From NCBI RefSeq assembly GCF_009914755.1, contig NC_060929.1: a stretch of DNA of 64,000 nucleotides; one strand, given 5' to 3'. Made by a program: the position numbers and the translations under genes. This DNA comes from the human T2T-CHM13v2.0 reference genome, Homo sapiens. Position 1 is the first letter of the stretch; the number at the start of each line of letters is the position of its first letter. Below the pieces are notes generated by a model. It was not told where the DNA came from. It worked only from the letters and a program-made list of their open reading frames with translations, and did no database searches. Positions 28,115 to 43,984 of this stretch are shown piece by piece.

Positions 28115-28127
28115 CCAGCAACCCTCC

Positions 28128-31100
28128 AGTCTTTTTCTTTCTAATATATATTATGAACTTCCCTAAGGACAGTTTTCATTTTAGGCTACACATTTTTAAT
28201 GTGTTCTTTTTTGTAATGACTATGTTAAAATATTTTCTAATGTCAATTATACTTTTTTAAAAATAACTTTTGAACACTTGTACTATATCCCTACTACATA
28301 TTGTTGCATATATTTTGAATTTGGGGAGATATTAACATTAATGTTTTATGTATTCAATATTTGTTTATGGCCAGTCTTCCTGGTGTTCTTCATTTCTTCC
28401 TGCATTTCCGTGTTTCAATTTGCAATGATTTTTCTTTCTGTCTGAAGAAACAGTTTTTGTATATAGGAAAACATTCTTATGGTACCTGTATTTTTAAAAA
28501 AGTTGTTTCACATAGTATAGAATTAGAGGTTGGCAGATTCTTATTTGTTATAAAACTTTAAACATGCCATTTCATTATTTCCAGCTTGTATTGTGATGTT
28601 GCAGACACCTGTCAGCTTTATTGTTGTTACTTTGAAGTGAAGTTTCCTTTTTCTCCTGGGCACTTTTAAGATTCTCTTTTTTTCCTTTTCATTTTCAGCA
28701 GTTTTGCATTGTGTTTTGTTCTGTTTGTTTTGTTTGATTCTGCTTGTTGCTTCCCAAGCCTTTAAATTTCTTATAGACTATTTTTTAGAGCAGTCTTAGG
28801 TTCACAGCAAAATTGAGTGTAAGGTACAGAGGTTTCTCTTACACCCCCTGTCCACACATATGCATAGCCTCCCCCATTATCAACGTTCACCACTAGAATG
28901 GTACATTATTTTTACAATTGGTGACCTTACATTCACACATTACTATCACCCAAGTCCACAGTTTTCATTAGAATTCAGTCTTGGTATTTTAAATTCTATG
29001 GGTTTAGACAAATGCATAATAGTATCCACATTATAGTATCATATAGAGTAGTTTCTCTGCCTTAAAAAATCTTCTGTGTTCCACCTATTTATTCCTTCTT
29101 CCGCTCTTAATCCTTGGCATCCACCGATCTTTTTACTTTTGCCATAGTTTTGCCTTTTTCAGAATGTTACATAGTTGAAATCATGCAATAGGTAGCCTTT
29201 TCAGACTAGCTTCTATCACTTAGTAATGTGTATTTAAGTTTCCTCCATCTCTTTCCATGGCTTGATAGCTCATTTCATTTTAGCACTGAATAATATTGTT
29301 GGATAGAGATACCAGTTTATGAAACCATTCACCTTTTCCAAGTTTTGGCCATTATGAATAAAGCTGCTATAAACATCCATGTGCAGGATTTTGTATGGAC
29401 ATAAATTTTCAGCTGCTTTAGGTAAATACTAACTAGTGTGATTGCTGGATCATATGGTAAGAGTATGTTTAGTTTTATAAGGAATTGCCAAACTACCTTC
29501 CAATGTGGCTGTACCATTTTGCTTTCCAATCAACAATGAATGACGGTTCCTGCTGCTCCACATTCTCTTCAGCATGTGGTGTTATCCGTGTTTTGAATTT
29601 GGGCCTTGCTGAGCTTTGTTTATTCTGTGTTGCCTTACAATTTTTTTCGAAATACATTTAATGAGTAATTCTCAAATAAAAATGTCATATTTTGTTGTCT
29701 GTTTCCTCTAAGATTCAAATTAGAAGAATGCAACACCTGTGATTGTGTCTCACATGTATACTATGTTCCTCTTTAAAACATTTTCTAATTATTTTCTTCT
29801 CTGTTGCTGGAATTTGGGTATTTTAAATTAACTAATCCAGGAAACTATTTATCTCTCCTCCTATGTTTAATTTGCAGTTACATTATCTATTGAGATAATA
29901 ATTTACTGATTATCAACTACTAATTATATATGTAATTATATAATCTACTGATTATAATCTACTACTAGAGATCATAATCTACTAATCTCAAATACTGTAA
30001 TTTTCAAATCAAGAATGTCTGTTTGATTTTTTTTATAAATCCCAATTCTTTGAGAGTTTCTGCATCTTTTATCAATTTTGTCTAACTTTTACTCGATGTT
30101 CTTTTTTTTTTTTAAATCTCATCTGCTAACTGCTATATTTGGTCACTCCTTGGTGACAGTTTATTGTCGTGGTTTGTTCAAATTGACCTGCTCACGCAAG
30201 CCTGGTATTTTTTGAATCAATGATTAATTTTTAGAAATCTCTGCAGCAATGGAGGTTCCAGATGATATTATTATATAGGAGAAATGATTTAGTCTTTCTT
30301 TGTCTAGACAGATAGTATGGGAACTAATGATCTAATTTGGGACTGTATTGTGTCACAAGTTCACATGGAGATTCTGTTCGGCTCTTCAGAGGTTTGGGGT
30401 TTTGCTATTTAAAATACCATTCCATGCCAATTTTAGAATATGGCAATTTTCTTGAAGGAGAATACTCTATGGCTTCTCAATTCTCCAGTTTTGTTACTCC
30501 GGCTTGTGCTACTGTCAAAATCTCCAGCCTTTTATGAACAGTAAAATCCAGTGCTGGGTGGCACCTCCCACCCCCAGGTTTTTTGTTGTTGTTGTTGTTG
30601 TTTCTTCTGCAATTGTACTCTTCTGGATCAAGTCCAGCTTCTCAGTCTCTAGTTCTTGCTAAAAATCAGCAAATACTAACAGGGAAAAAGTGCCTTTAGT
30701 GATTTTGCTCACCTTTGAGACTCTCTCCTATTTTTAGGATTTAAAAACTTCTAGTCTTTTTTGTTTCTATAGTTCACTGATGCCTTTACAAATATTATTT
30801 TCTGTTTTATCCAGCCTTCATAGTTGTTCCCAACAGGAATATTGGAACACTATGAACTACTCTACACTGTGTACCACTGGCTTTGTTATGTAATGAATGG
30901 ATACGTTTACTTCTACAATATTTATTATTTCCACTGTAGTTTCTCTTCTTTGATCCATACATTATTTAAAACTCTGTTCCAAAATATCCACTTTTTAGGA
31001 GGAAGAAGAGAGGGAGGAATTGGAAGGGTAACCATTTTCTTGTTGATTTCTAATTTTATTGCAATGCAGTCAGAGAATATTACCTCTATGACGTTGTTCT

Positions 31101-33180
31101 TTGTATAGGTAGTAAGTGTTGTTTGGTGGCATTGGCAACTTTAGAAAAAGTTCGATACATGTTTGAACATAATATGAATCTTCTAATTGTTAAAGTCTGT
31201 GTGTGTGTGAGAGAGAAAATTAGATAAAACTTTTTAGATGGAATATTTAGATTCTCTGTATCTTTACTTTCTTTTCATCTATTGAATCTATCAATTATTG
31301 AAAGATCAGTTATTGATACTAGTTTAGAATTATCTAAATTTTATCATTAGTTTGAGATGAAATTGCAACATACACATATATTAAATACTATCAAATACTT
31401 CTTATAATTATATAATTATTCCTTTTATGCATAATAATATTTTTACCTCAAGGTATATTTTGTAAAATATTAATATTGTGAGCCAGCTCTTTGGGGGTTA
31501 TTTTATTTGGTGATTCTTTGTTGTTGTATTAATTATTAAGCTTTACATGTGTTATTTATGGCCAGATATATGGGAATTTTATTAAACCCAATTCAAGAGG
31601 TTTTTAAAGCAAGTTCCTTTTACCCTAATTTGACTACTAATATATTTTACTTTATTTCTGTTTTCATTTTACCCGATATTTTCTCTCCAGTTGTTTTCTT
31701 TTTTACTTCTATTGCAATGATTATTTTAAATTTTCTTTTCCCCTATTATTTTGCTAGTTATTAATTATAGTTCTTTATATCAGTACTCATTTTAAAAAGT
31801 ACATATTCTTATATTAACATAGTCTAAAATTAGTTATTTCTATCCTGAGTCTGAACAATAGTAGAGTTTAGATTTGTTCATGTTTTATCTAATTTTATGC
31901 TATTGAATTCACTATATTACTTCCTTCATTGCATAAATCTCACATACCTCAAAACTTAGACATTATTATTACTATCACTGTTTTTTTTTAATTGAGAATG
32001 TTTATGAAGATTTTCATGCCAGTTTTCTTGTATTTGCCCCTTGTTTCTATGGTCAGCTTCCTTTTTTTTGTAGCACTTTTTTTACTAGTTCCTTCACTGA
32101 GGGTCTTTTCCAGATTAATGCTTATTGTAATAGATAAATTTTCATTTATACATTTGTGTAGTTATTTATACATTATAATTACATATATGTTATCCAAATG
32201 TATAACGGATATATATGTATACACACAAGTACATTACAACTGTATACATCATACATTTGTGTATTTACTTGAACAACTTTTATCACAGATCAGTGAAAGT
32301 TTTTATTCTCAAAAAACTGTTTATTACACCAATAATTGTATATGAAGTATTATTATGAAGTGGTTTCTTTCTCTAACTTACAAAAAGATATATTTGGATT
32401 GTGGTGGCCCAGTAAATGTGAACTTCAAACTCTCTCTCTTTATGTTAAAAAAGTATTTATTTCATCATCATTTTTCTCTAGTTTTATATCTGTGGTCTGT
32501 CTCTTCACAGGGAAACATTTCTTTACTTGGTTTGTAATTATGATTTGTGAGCTCATATTCAGTGGAACATGTTTCCCCTTTGAGAACTTCATGCTTGCTG
32601 AGGTGATAAAGTGTCTTATCATAGTCATATTTCATTTGTTATCACAGGACTAGCAAAGATCTCCACATAATAGGAGATCTTTTATGTTACATATATGGCT
32701 TAGTATTTCTTAAGCTTCATACTGATGTTCATGTGCTCACGGTAGCTTCGGGTTTTGATTTCTAGCATTCTCAGATTTTTTTTAAGCCAAGTTTTCTTGA
32801 TACTTCCCTGCACTGACAGATTCTTAAAGTTATTTTCAAATATGCTTGATGGTAGTTAACAACAGCATTTTCAGGCTTTTTGATTTATGCATGAATCTCC
32901 ATCCCCTACTCACCAGTACCTGTACTCACAGACATTTTGAAACCACACATTTATTTAATCAGTTATATATCTTATCTGATACTCAGGCAGTGGCAGCATC
33001 AATTCATGATTTTATCTCTCCAGATTTGAATTTTTTTAAACTTTAATTTTGCACCTGGGAATTATCTTTTCTTCTTCAACCTCAGCTATACATTCAAAAA
33101 AATGTATTTTACCTATGATTTGTGATTTCTACGTGTTTTTAGCGAAAGGGGATTCAGTCTACCATGAAGCTAGAATGCAT
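28128..33180 (-). mobile_element. Patchwork of ancient L1M fragments (continues the fragment at about 20300-20615)
   Basis: T-rich antisense L1M phrases such as ttgttgatttctaattttattgcaatgcagtcagagaata. Boundaries approximate. Confidence 0.6.
28770..29605 (-). mobile_element. L1MC1-like 3' end
   Basis: ttttttagagcagtcttaggttcacagcaaaattgagtg...aggtacagag; the minus-strand ORF at 29329-29529 is the ORF2 C-terminus (LPYDPAITL). Confidence 0.82.
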
Positions 33181-34039
33181 AAACAACACTTTAATATCCA
33201 TACAATATTCTATCTTATTTGATCAGAGATTTATTATAACTTTTATTACACTCACTCCTTTCTCTTTCTAGATCAGTTTTTTCTTAGTATTCATAAAAAC
33301 TGCACGTTAAGAGTGTTGTAAATTACTTAAACATTTAAGAAAATCTAGAAGGCTTTTTTAAAAATATTTTTTTAAAAATAGAAATTAACTGCGCTGACAC
33401 CAAACTTGTAACTTCCGTAAGAGTATTTTTACATTCCCAGATCACCTTCTTGTCTTTTAATGAAACAGGCAGATTATTAGTCAACTAGTGAGACAACTTA
33501 TTATTGAAAAATATGTTCAAAGCCCAATTTGAATTTAATCATGTAAATGGGTTTCATATTATCTGGGTACCATTCTTATATCATTCCATATTTTTTTCTC
33601 ATTAGTAGATAAAATGAATTTTGGTTCTTCACAATTACATTTTTGTTGGATTGCACTGGATCACATTATATGTTAATCTTTGTTTCAGACAATTTCACCT
33701 GTGCAGTTCCTTTAACACACCCTTTACTGAGGAAATCCTAAATACAGTGTTGATGCGGAGATGTGCTACATGGTTGGCACCCTAGGCCACCACCTCTGTG
33801 AGAGACATTAACTTTCATAAGCATCGCTTGCCCTTTTACCCTGTTTAGTCCTTTGTTCAGGGACTCCCTCCAACTCCCATTGCCTTTCCCTGGCTAACCC
33901 CTGCCCATTCAATGGTATCACCAAGTTGTTGCCCTCTCTCAAAGCCTTTCCTGCTTACATTTTTCTCTACCTTATTTCCCTTTTATATTCTCCCATAATA
34001 TCTTATGTACATCTTTATGTGTTAATGAACAGATTTTAA

Positions 34040-34420
<381 letters not shown>

Positions 34421-34862
34421 TGATTTTTCTTCTGTTATGCTTCAAATAATAGTAAGACTCATAGTAAGACTCACAGATTACAGTCATAGGACCAGTAATT
34501 AACTGGAACTTCGCCAGGAGTTTGTACCAAGAGTGCCTGGATTTTGAACTCAGGTAGCTTAGATAATGCTTAAAAACAGCACTTCTGGAGCCCAGAGACT
34601 TAACTTTTGTTAGAATGCATCCATCTGATCACATAAAAACTCTGATTTCTTCATTAGTTCCATTATTGGAAAAGGCATCCTGGAGGGTTTTAGGAGTCTG
34701 TGATCATCTTATGAGGTGTGTCACATAACATCTGGCTTGTGTTTTGTTTTCTGATGAGAGATTCAATTGACTTCTTGTACATGACTCATTTTTAGTTGAG
34801 AAATGAGAAGGCTGTTTTTGTTTGCTTTTTATTTCCAGAACTTTTTGTATTAAAAAAAATTG

Positions 34863-35167
34863 AGCTGGGTGCAGTGGCTCACGTTTGTAATCCCAGCACT
34901 TTGGGAATCTGAGGTGGATGGATCACTTGAGGTCAGAAGCTTGAAACCAGCCTGGCCAACATGGTGAAACCCCATCTCTACTTAAAATACAAACAAATTA
35001 GCCGGGTATGGTGGCAGGTGCCTGTAATCCCAGCTACTTGGGAGGCTGAGGCAGAAGACTTGCTGAAACCGGGAGGCGGAGGTTGCAGTGAGCCGAGATC
35101 ATGCCACTGCACTCAGCCTGGGCGACAGAGTGGGTCTCCGTTTCAAAAAAAAAAAAAAAAAAAAAAA
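34863..35167 (+). mobile_element. AluS (Sx/Sz-like)
   Basis: Full dimer with a long pure poly-A tail. Confidence 0.94.
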
Positions 35168-35899
35168 GTGCTTTGAAAAGGGCCTCTATTGCATCTATCT
35201 TTAAATAACATCTGTGTTAATTCCTTTCCCTTTTAAACTCATCTCTTATTATAATAACACACGTGGGTTATTGAACTGAAAAGCTAGGCTTTTAAACAGA
35301 ATAATTCAAATCATTTACATTAGTCGTGGTTACAGTCATTCTCTATAACTTTCAAATCAAATAAAAAATTCCTTGGTGTTCCAAATCTAAGAACAATGAA
35401 ATTTAAATTTATCAGAGTCTCAGTTGAAGATTCTGACTTTACACTTGAGCAAAATAAGAATAGGAATAGATGGTCACTTTAAGGGTTCTTTTGGGTCATT
35501 CTTTGTCTTACAGACCTCACCCTAGTCTATAAGAAGTTCTACTAATTACCATTCAAATTTCATAGACATGATTATCATGTTTATAAGACTTTAATTTTCT
35601 CATGATAAAACTGTATCTTTTTGTTCATATGAATATATGATGGTATGATATTTTTGATACATAGTTGCAATCATACCTCTATGTAAGTATGCACTCATCG
35701 TTTTTGAATATTTTATATTTTATATACATTTACATTTTATTGCATAAACATGCTATTATATTATAAACTATTGGCTTTATCATCGTATTTTTTTACATGA
35801 CCACATGATAGTCATTGATTTCCTATAACTGGTGTTTATGGGTTTCCATAATCCAGAATTCCAAGAGAGGCCCCTGTATCATAGGGCTGGAACAAGAAA

Positions 35900-36790
35900 G
35901 AAACAAAAGTTGTATACTTGTCACATTCCTCCTGTTCCCCACTGGTGCTTCTAAACCCAAATCTCTCTGATCCTGAAGTTTTTGAGCCTTAGCATCTTAA
36001 AGCTGTGATTGATCTTGATTCTCACCCACATTTCTTATGGATGTTGGCCACCTACCACTGTCCCAAGTTCTTTCTGGTCATGTGCAATTTCACGTTTATA
36101 TTATTAGTTCACCCAACACTATTTAATAATGATTTGACCTCAATCTAGATGACCTCTACCTGCACCCTTCTTTACTCTTGTGACAATACCTAGTCATGTC
36201 TCAGAACTTTCTCTCTGAAATCTTAAATACCTAAATCTCACTCCCTGATAAAGTTCCTTTTTTTTGTAAAATGTCTGCTCTTTTTCATCACTGATGATTC
36301 CATTCTCTTTACTACTGTATTCTTTTCTCCAAATTATCGGGCTCCCTCTAACCTTACTCTTTTACTCATTCCCCATAGATCCCTGTAAGTGTTATGCCTT
36401 CTTTCACTTTCAACTTCACTGACAGCTTTTATACCTTTGGTCTTTCTCCACACATGATCTGCAAAACGTCAACCTAAATTGAATCTAAATTTACTCATCT
36501 TTGTTTCAGCCACTAGGATGAATATCACTCAACTGAGTACTATGTTAGTGCTCTCCAAACTCATGCACTCCATCCTCAGCTGAAGCAACATATTTTCTGA
36601 CTCATTACATTAAGCACTCCTGTAGTACTTATTCAGCTCTTCCATATTTCCCTCAGTGGCTGTTCTAATCTTTGAATCCTTTTCCAAATATTACTAATAA
36701 ACTTCCATTCACCTTTGACCTATATATCAAATAATGTTGCCTCCTTCTTCACTCAGACATGCATTGATATCAGAAAGTTATTTCCCTAAG
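35900..36790 (+). mobile_element. L2 fragments
   Basis: Pyrimidine-rich L2 ORF-like phrases (aatgatttgacctcaatc, ctctgaaatcttaaatacc, gcctccttcttcactcaga). Confidence 0.5.
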
Positions 36791-39326
36791 TTAGTAAGGT
36801 ATTCTATGAATACCTTCAGCAAACATCATATGCAACTGTGAAACTGTAAACATTCCTGTTAAACTCAGAAGGAAAAATAAGGAGCTCAGTATTGCCCATA
36901 TATTTCAATAGTATGTTGGAAATCCTAGCCAATGCAAATTAGAAGAAATAAGAATTAGAAACAAGTGGCAGTACTATTTTTATGTGGGGAAAGTATAATA
37001 TTAGAATGGATACTGGAGAAGACATGTAAAACTCATTAAAGTGACTGAAGTTTATATGTCCTAGTCCATGTGACAAACAGGTATATGACATATGATAACC
37101 CATGTTAGCTGAGTTTTAAATCTGAACAGGGTGGTGGGACTGTTCTAGCTGTGGTGAAAAAAAGTGGCAAAATATATGGGAATCTTAAGAGAAAATTTGT
37201 ACCAATCAATGGTAGCAGCATGCTAATTACAGTGAGCTTAATTTAGTATTTTGGGGGGACGTTTAATCTCAAATTATTATTTTATTTTCAAATGCTGTAA
37301 CTTTTAATACCCTATTTAGAGGACATATTTTCTTTTATCCTCCTTCTTTCTTTTCTTTCTTCCTGCCTTCTTCCATTTGATTATAATGCAAAATTAATTA
37401 TCTCAAAATCTTCGTTTTCCACTCTTTGTTGTATTCATGTGATTTAGCTCTCTTAAAATTCATGTTATCTTTTATGTTTAAATCAAATTTTAAAGTTTTT
37501 ATTTCATCTGTTGTTTAATAGAACTATAATAAAAATATGATTTTCTCCTTCTCCCCTCCTCTTCTCCCTTCCCCAATCCCTCTCTGTGTATCCTTACCTT
37601 CATCTTTCTGTCCTACTTTGTCTTAATTTAACCTTGAAGTAATTTCAGTTACCTTAATAAGCCAAATGAAGTAACTGGGCTTATCATCTGTCTATTCATC
37701 CATCCGTCCACCTAACCACCCATTCATTAAGAAGTCATTTCATCTGTTTGTAGATGATAAATTTCTATAAAATCTATTTTAATTTGTAAAGATATAAAAA
37801 AAACTACATCCATATGTGTATTTCGTCTTTTTGCTGTTTCTTCATGTAGTTATGTTTCTAAAAATAATATGTTCATTCTACCTTTTGCTTAAAGATTACA
37901 TCTCTACTTTCCTGATAGGCCTGTGGATACCAGGCCTTGACATTCTGCGTGAAGGTTTAAATGAGTTGTTGAGAACTTCAGATATACTTTCAGCTAATCT
38001 CCATTTTCAACCCTCCTGCATTGCTTTTCCCTAGACCATGTGTGCCTCAGTCTTGAGACTTTCTGGAGTTCCACCCAATTCAGAAGTTCTCTTCTCATCA
38101 AAAATCTTCCTCTTGTCATTTAGGCTGTAGCTTTCACTAAATCTGTTCCTATACTTCCCTGAATCTTCTAACTTTGCCACACATGGGCAAGGTGATTCTT
38201 TTAAAATTTTATTAAAATAATTTATTTAAATTATTTCTTACCATTATGTTTTGTTTCTGGAGACAGAAAAAAGTCACAAGCAGTCAGTTGACCATCTTTA
38301 ATTAGGGTAAGCTCTGCATTAAATTTTTTTTAGAAACAAAATATCCAGCAGATGGATTCAAAGGTGAAATTAAGTCCCCATTCCATCATGTTTAGTAATT
38401 ATGTGATCTTTGGTAAATCAGAACCTCCTACGCCTAAATATCTTAATCTATAAAAGGAGTTTAAAATTTATTTTATGAGGATATGGGAAATAGAGAACAT
38501 ATAATGGATCAAAAATAATTGATATTATGATAACTTGTTATTTGAAAATAACATTATAACTTACACTTGGTAACAATTCATTTTCTGAAATGATTATTCA
38601 AGTATATGTCTTCATTAGTAAAATAGAACATAAATATTTAACTAAAGAATATCAAGGAGTTTAAATATTGCCATTTTTACTGATAATTTATACCAAAAGA
38701 TCAAATATCTTGCTAAAATTTTATCTTAATATTTCAGTATCATATACTATGCAACACACCATTTAGCCAAGAAATTTTCAAATAAAATCTTTCTAGTATT
38801 TTAAATATGATAGATAGCTCTATGCCATATTAGTTAACATAGTATTTCATAAATAGAATTTCACAATTGTATTAATTCAAAATATAAATGTAAGTTCAAG
38901 ACTGCTTTATATGTAGTTTATTTTGCATTAATTTTTTTGAAACTGTGTTCTTCACAATAATTGAGTATATTTAAAATAATCATTGCTGTTTGATTATATT
39001 TTCCAAGTTATAACTATTCATTTGTCTTACATGATGATGAAATTGGTATTTATAACCTATATTCTTATATTATTCCTTTTGGGAACTTGATAATTGGTAA
39101 AATAATTTTATCTAAAATATGAAAATGAAAATGATATGAACATTTTTTTGCCTGGCCTATACATATACACTTGCCCCTAAAATTTCATTTATTAGGGCTA
39201 GATTTCACAGATTAATACTGACATTTTAGTCGTGACAACTGCCATTTTCATTCCTGCTGCTAATAACTAGTATAAATATTTGCATATTCATTCAGACATA
39301 TAATAATTAATGTTTGTATTTTTTAG

Positions 39327-39432
39327 GTATAGCTTACTTGAGTGGAATGTGTAGTGAAAAGAGAAAATGTATTATTGCTGAAGACAATGGCTTGAATCTT
39401 GCTTTTACAATTGCTCATGAAATGGGTCACAA
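39327..39432 (+). CDS. ADAMTS19: ADAMTS19 metalloprotease-domain exon (106 nt, phase 1 to 2) containing HExxH
   Basis: Acceptor tgtttgtattttttag|, donor AA|gtaagt. Translates as (G)[34 protein letters not shown](N). As I recall, the paralog ADAMTS17 reads [20 protein letters not shown]...HELGH, which points to ADAMTS19. Confidence 0.96.
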
Positions 39433-39879
39433 GTAAGTAAAAATCATGGCTATGTTAAATATGTTAGCATATAACTTTGTAATTCGAGTTACTGAATTAC
39501 CTGGATATCTTCTGATTTTTAATTTGGGCTTCAAGTTTTTGAAAAACTAGGGAGACAAGAAGGGGTGAAGACTGACTACATTTAAAGAATGTCTTTTGAG
39601 TGTTGCAACTATTCCTGCTTCTTTGAATAAAATCTTATTACATTATTAAAATCCCTATCAAGACAGTCATTACATAGTGCATGATTGATTTCACTACAGA
39701 TTTGTAAATGATACAAATATTTCCATAATCTTGAGACTACAAAGCTATAAACTTTTCAAACGCTTAGTACAAATGAAAGTAATTCCAGCCTATGGTAGTA
39801 CCTGTATTTGTTATTACCAGGCATAAGTGAAGGAATTAACCCGCATGGTTTAGATATAATGTATTTGAAAGACAATGAA

Positions 39880-40370
39880 ATTAGACATATAATTAACACA
39901 TATTGAATATTAACTATGTCTCAGGAACAGTTATAAACATTTTCAATAGATTAGTTCATTTAATACAAAACCCAAAGAGGTAGTTATTGTTCTAATTTTC
40001 ATTTCACTGAAATTAATAATAGGAATAATTAGTAATAGCAACACTTACATAGTACTTACTATTAATGTTTGCCAGACACGTTTTTAAGTGCTTTGTAAGT
40101 ACTCACAACAATTTTGTGATGTGTTATTAGTGTACCCATTTTATTGGAAAAATACAGAAATATAGAGAATTTACCCTCCTGAAATTATTAAAATGGCAAT
40201 TGTTGGAGCGAGGGGTTTGAACTCAAGCCATTCAACTCAGGTCAAACTGTTCCATTAAGTTATCTGTTATCTTCTGGCCTAGATTCCTCGTCAGTGAATC
40301 GGGATAATACCTTTGTTATGGGATTAGTTTAGGATTCAAATTACATAAAGCTGTGATCATATTTTTAGGA
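39880..40370. mobile_element. MIR fragments
   Basis: acacttacatagtacttact...gccagacacgtttttaagtgcttt; cccattttattgg; ggtttgaactcaag. Confidence 0.65.
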
Positions 40371-40392
40371 AGTTTATTAAAGTAGAAATGGA

Positions 40393-40719
<327 letters not shown>

Positions 40720-41541
40720 TCAGACTTAATTTTGAATGCAGGCTTCCCTAATTGCTGGCAGTATCAGCAGTACAAATGAAAGTATTTTAATTGGACTCAG
40801 ATTTAGTGAGGCCCTACTAGGGAGGTGATCTTTATGGAGGGAGGGCTCTTTAGTTAAAGACATATTTAGTTTGGCCTTCAGTGTTTAAAAAATTCAATTA
40901 GTTGCCAACATTAAAAAAGTGTAAATTTGACATAAAAGTAAGATTTGCAGACCTGGTAACACTCAACCCACAGCCCATATGGCAACCATTCCTAGGAGCT
41001 GTGTAGGATCTGTACCCTTTAAATTAGACCCATCTTTCTCAGTTCATCAGAGGCCGCAACACCCTAGTATATGGTACACCCAGCTCACTTCATTTTCATT
41101 ATATTCCTGGAGTCTGTACGCACTTCAGTAAAGTTTAGTTGGCAGTGGAATTTGATTGGTAAAGGAAAGCTTAGAAGAAACAATTTACATTGGACATGAC
41201 AGTAGTTGATTTAAAAAGTTATTCAAGTAAACACAAGTGATCAAATTGTAATTACACAGCTCACTGAATTAACAAAATTAAATATAGCAATGTATCCATC
41301 ACCCAGCCCAAGAAACAGAACAATATCAATACCAATTGATTTCTAATTTTTTAATTGACCAAAATTTACTCCATACAAATGTTTTGAAATGTGTATACAT
41401 TGTGGAATGGCAAAATTGAGCAAATTAACATAAGCATTACCTCACATATTTAGCAGTTGTGTTGAGAACTTAAAATCTACTCTCCTAGTAATTTTCAAGT
41501 AATTGGTTTTTGATGTCACCATTTTTAAATGTATAGATATG

Positions 41542-41781
41542 CAGTTGTCCCTCGGTATTTGCCAGGGGATTGGTTCCTGGACCTCTGCATATCCCCAAAT
41601 CCATGCATATCCAAGTCCAGCAGTTGGTCTTGTGGAACTCACTTATTTGAGAAGTTTGTCCTCTATATATGCAAATTTAGCAACCTGCAAACACTGCAAT
41701 TTTGATCCTTGTTTAGTTTTTAAAAAATTGCCTGTAAGTGGACCTACACAGTTCAAACCCATGTTGTTCAAGGGTCAAGTG
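41542..41781 (+). mobile_element. MER8 (TcMar-Tigger MITE), complete
   Basis: Starts cagttgtccctcggtat...ggggattggttcc, ends cagttcaaacccatgttgttcaagggtcaagtg; about 240 bp with terminal inverted repeats. Confidence 0.85.
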
Positions 41782-43634
41782 TCCTTTCAGATGCTCCCAT
41801 ACAAGCTTTCAGTCTTCAGTCAACTGACCAAGAATATGAAGAGTTAATTTATTACTTAAAAAAAAAAAGATAAATATACTTTAACATCATCATCCTTTAG
41901 GGAAAGTATGCAGTGCAATAACCTTGTTTAATATTTCATTCTAGGAATGATAGGCTATAGATTCTTAATTCCAAAACAATTTTGATAATTGAAAGGTATT
42001 TTCAGTTTAGTAATAAAACCTATGAAAAATCATAGGCATCATTTGAAGGAAAAATGCTGAGAATAATGTCTAGAGGCAAGAAAAAATTATTAATAATTAA
42101 TTTTACAAAGATACATGTCATCATAAATATAATTCTCATAAAATACAGATTTATGAATAATTATGATTTTTGCTCTTGAGCTATGCAGTAACACCTTGAT
42201 GTACAAACAGTGTATATTTTTGTAAACAGATTTTAAATAATTTTGTCAAGTACCCTGAATAGTTTACTTTTAAAACGTATATTTTTAAACCGATATGTTT
42301 AAAACCAGATATGCAAAATTGATTTCTTCATTCTTCATTGTATTCTAAAATGTAGGAGAAACACTAAGGGAATCAAATACAATACGAGTTAATTTATTAA
42401 CATCTAAACTGTTGACCATGGAGCTACAACTATTTAAACTAAAAACTAAATGAGGTAATTTAGGGAAAGGCCACTTCAGTTTTATGTAGTAGAAATGTTG
42501 GTTTATGACCAGGAGCTCAGATTGGAATAGCTCAAATGGTACGAAAATATTATTTTATTTGACTTTTATAGAGCTGTACCCAAAATCAATAGAGATGTGC
42601 CAAAGGTATGTGTAATACTTGATGGACTAGGACCAGAATGTGATATATGTTAAACTACCCCTTTACTAAAAATTCCCCATAGCAGTAAGCAATATTTGTC
42701 TCAAAAGTAGTGGCTGGTGTTTTCCTGATGCTAGACAGTGAGAGACAATAGCAGTCAGAATAATGTCATGTTTATAAAAAAACAAACAGGAAGAAAAGTA
42801 TCTATATGAATTACATCATCATCATTATCATCCACTATAAGATATAAGGCACAATGTAAGAAGAAATGAAGAAAGAAGAATACAAGAAAAAATGTCCATA
42901 TGCTCATAGTCTCTCTAGTAGGGAAAGTGTTCATGGATGTTAAATAATGGTATCTACAGATTCTATGTGCATGCACCCGTACACACACACACAAACACAT
43001 ACACGCAGAGCCCTTTTATTTAGAGGTATGATTAAGAGCTATGTAAGTGAAACTCTTTAATCCTATATTTTTCTTTTTCGTTTTGGATTTCCTTCTTTCT
43101 TTTTTTTGCGTTAAATTTTATAAGTGAAGACTATCTTCTAGAAACTAATAACGAACTATGATACCATGTAATTCTGCAACTTACAATCTTAGAATGACAG
43201 AATGATTCCATGTAAACTTTTCAAGAATACCTTTATAATCACATATAAAATGTTTATAAACAGATTTTAAATGAATGTATTTATGTTTGTTGACTTGAAT
43301 TTGATTTCTAGAAATTCTCAGAACAAGTTCATATATAGCTGGAAAAATCAATACGGTCCACTAAGTATTTAAAAAAATGACTCTTGGGGATGAAAATTTG
43401 AGTAAATAAAGAGAACCAACAATTTTTCCTTACTAGTGCAAAGGAATCTAAAACAATGTCAGCAAAAATGTATCGACTTTCTCCTTTGGCAAATTATCAA
43501 CTTATAAATATATAAAAAAGTGTAAATTAAGATCTACAGTAAGAAAGAGGAAATAAATTATTTAAGCCAACATTTTAAAATTGCCTTTCAGAACAATTTT
43601 GCTTCCTAAACAATAAGTAGTAGGAGTTATTATT

Positions 43635-43984
<350 letters not shown>

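Noticed and set aside
27168-28260. 104-166 aa ORFs in a GC-richer region, or a possible host CpG-island promoter
   Set aside because: The region is the L1 5'UTR, CpG-decayed, and the ORFs have no recognisable domain.
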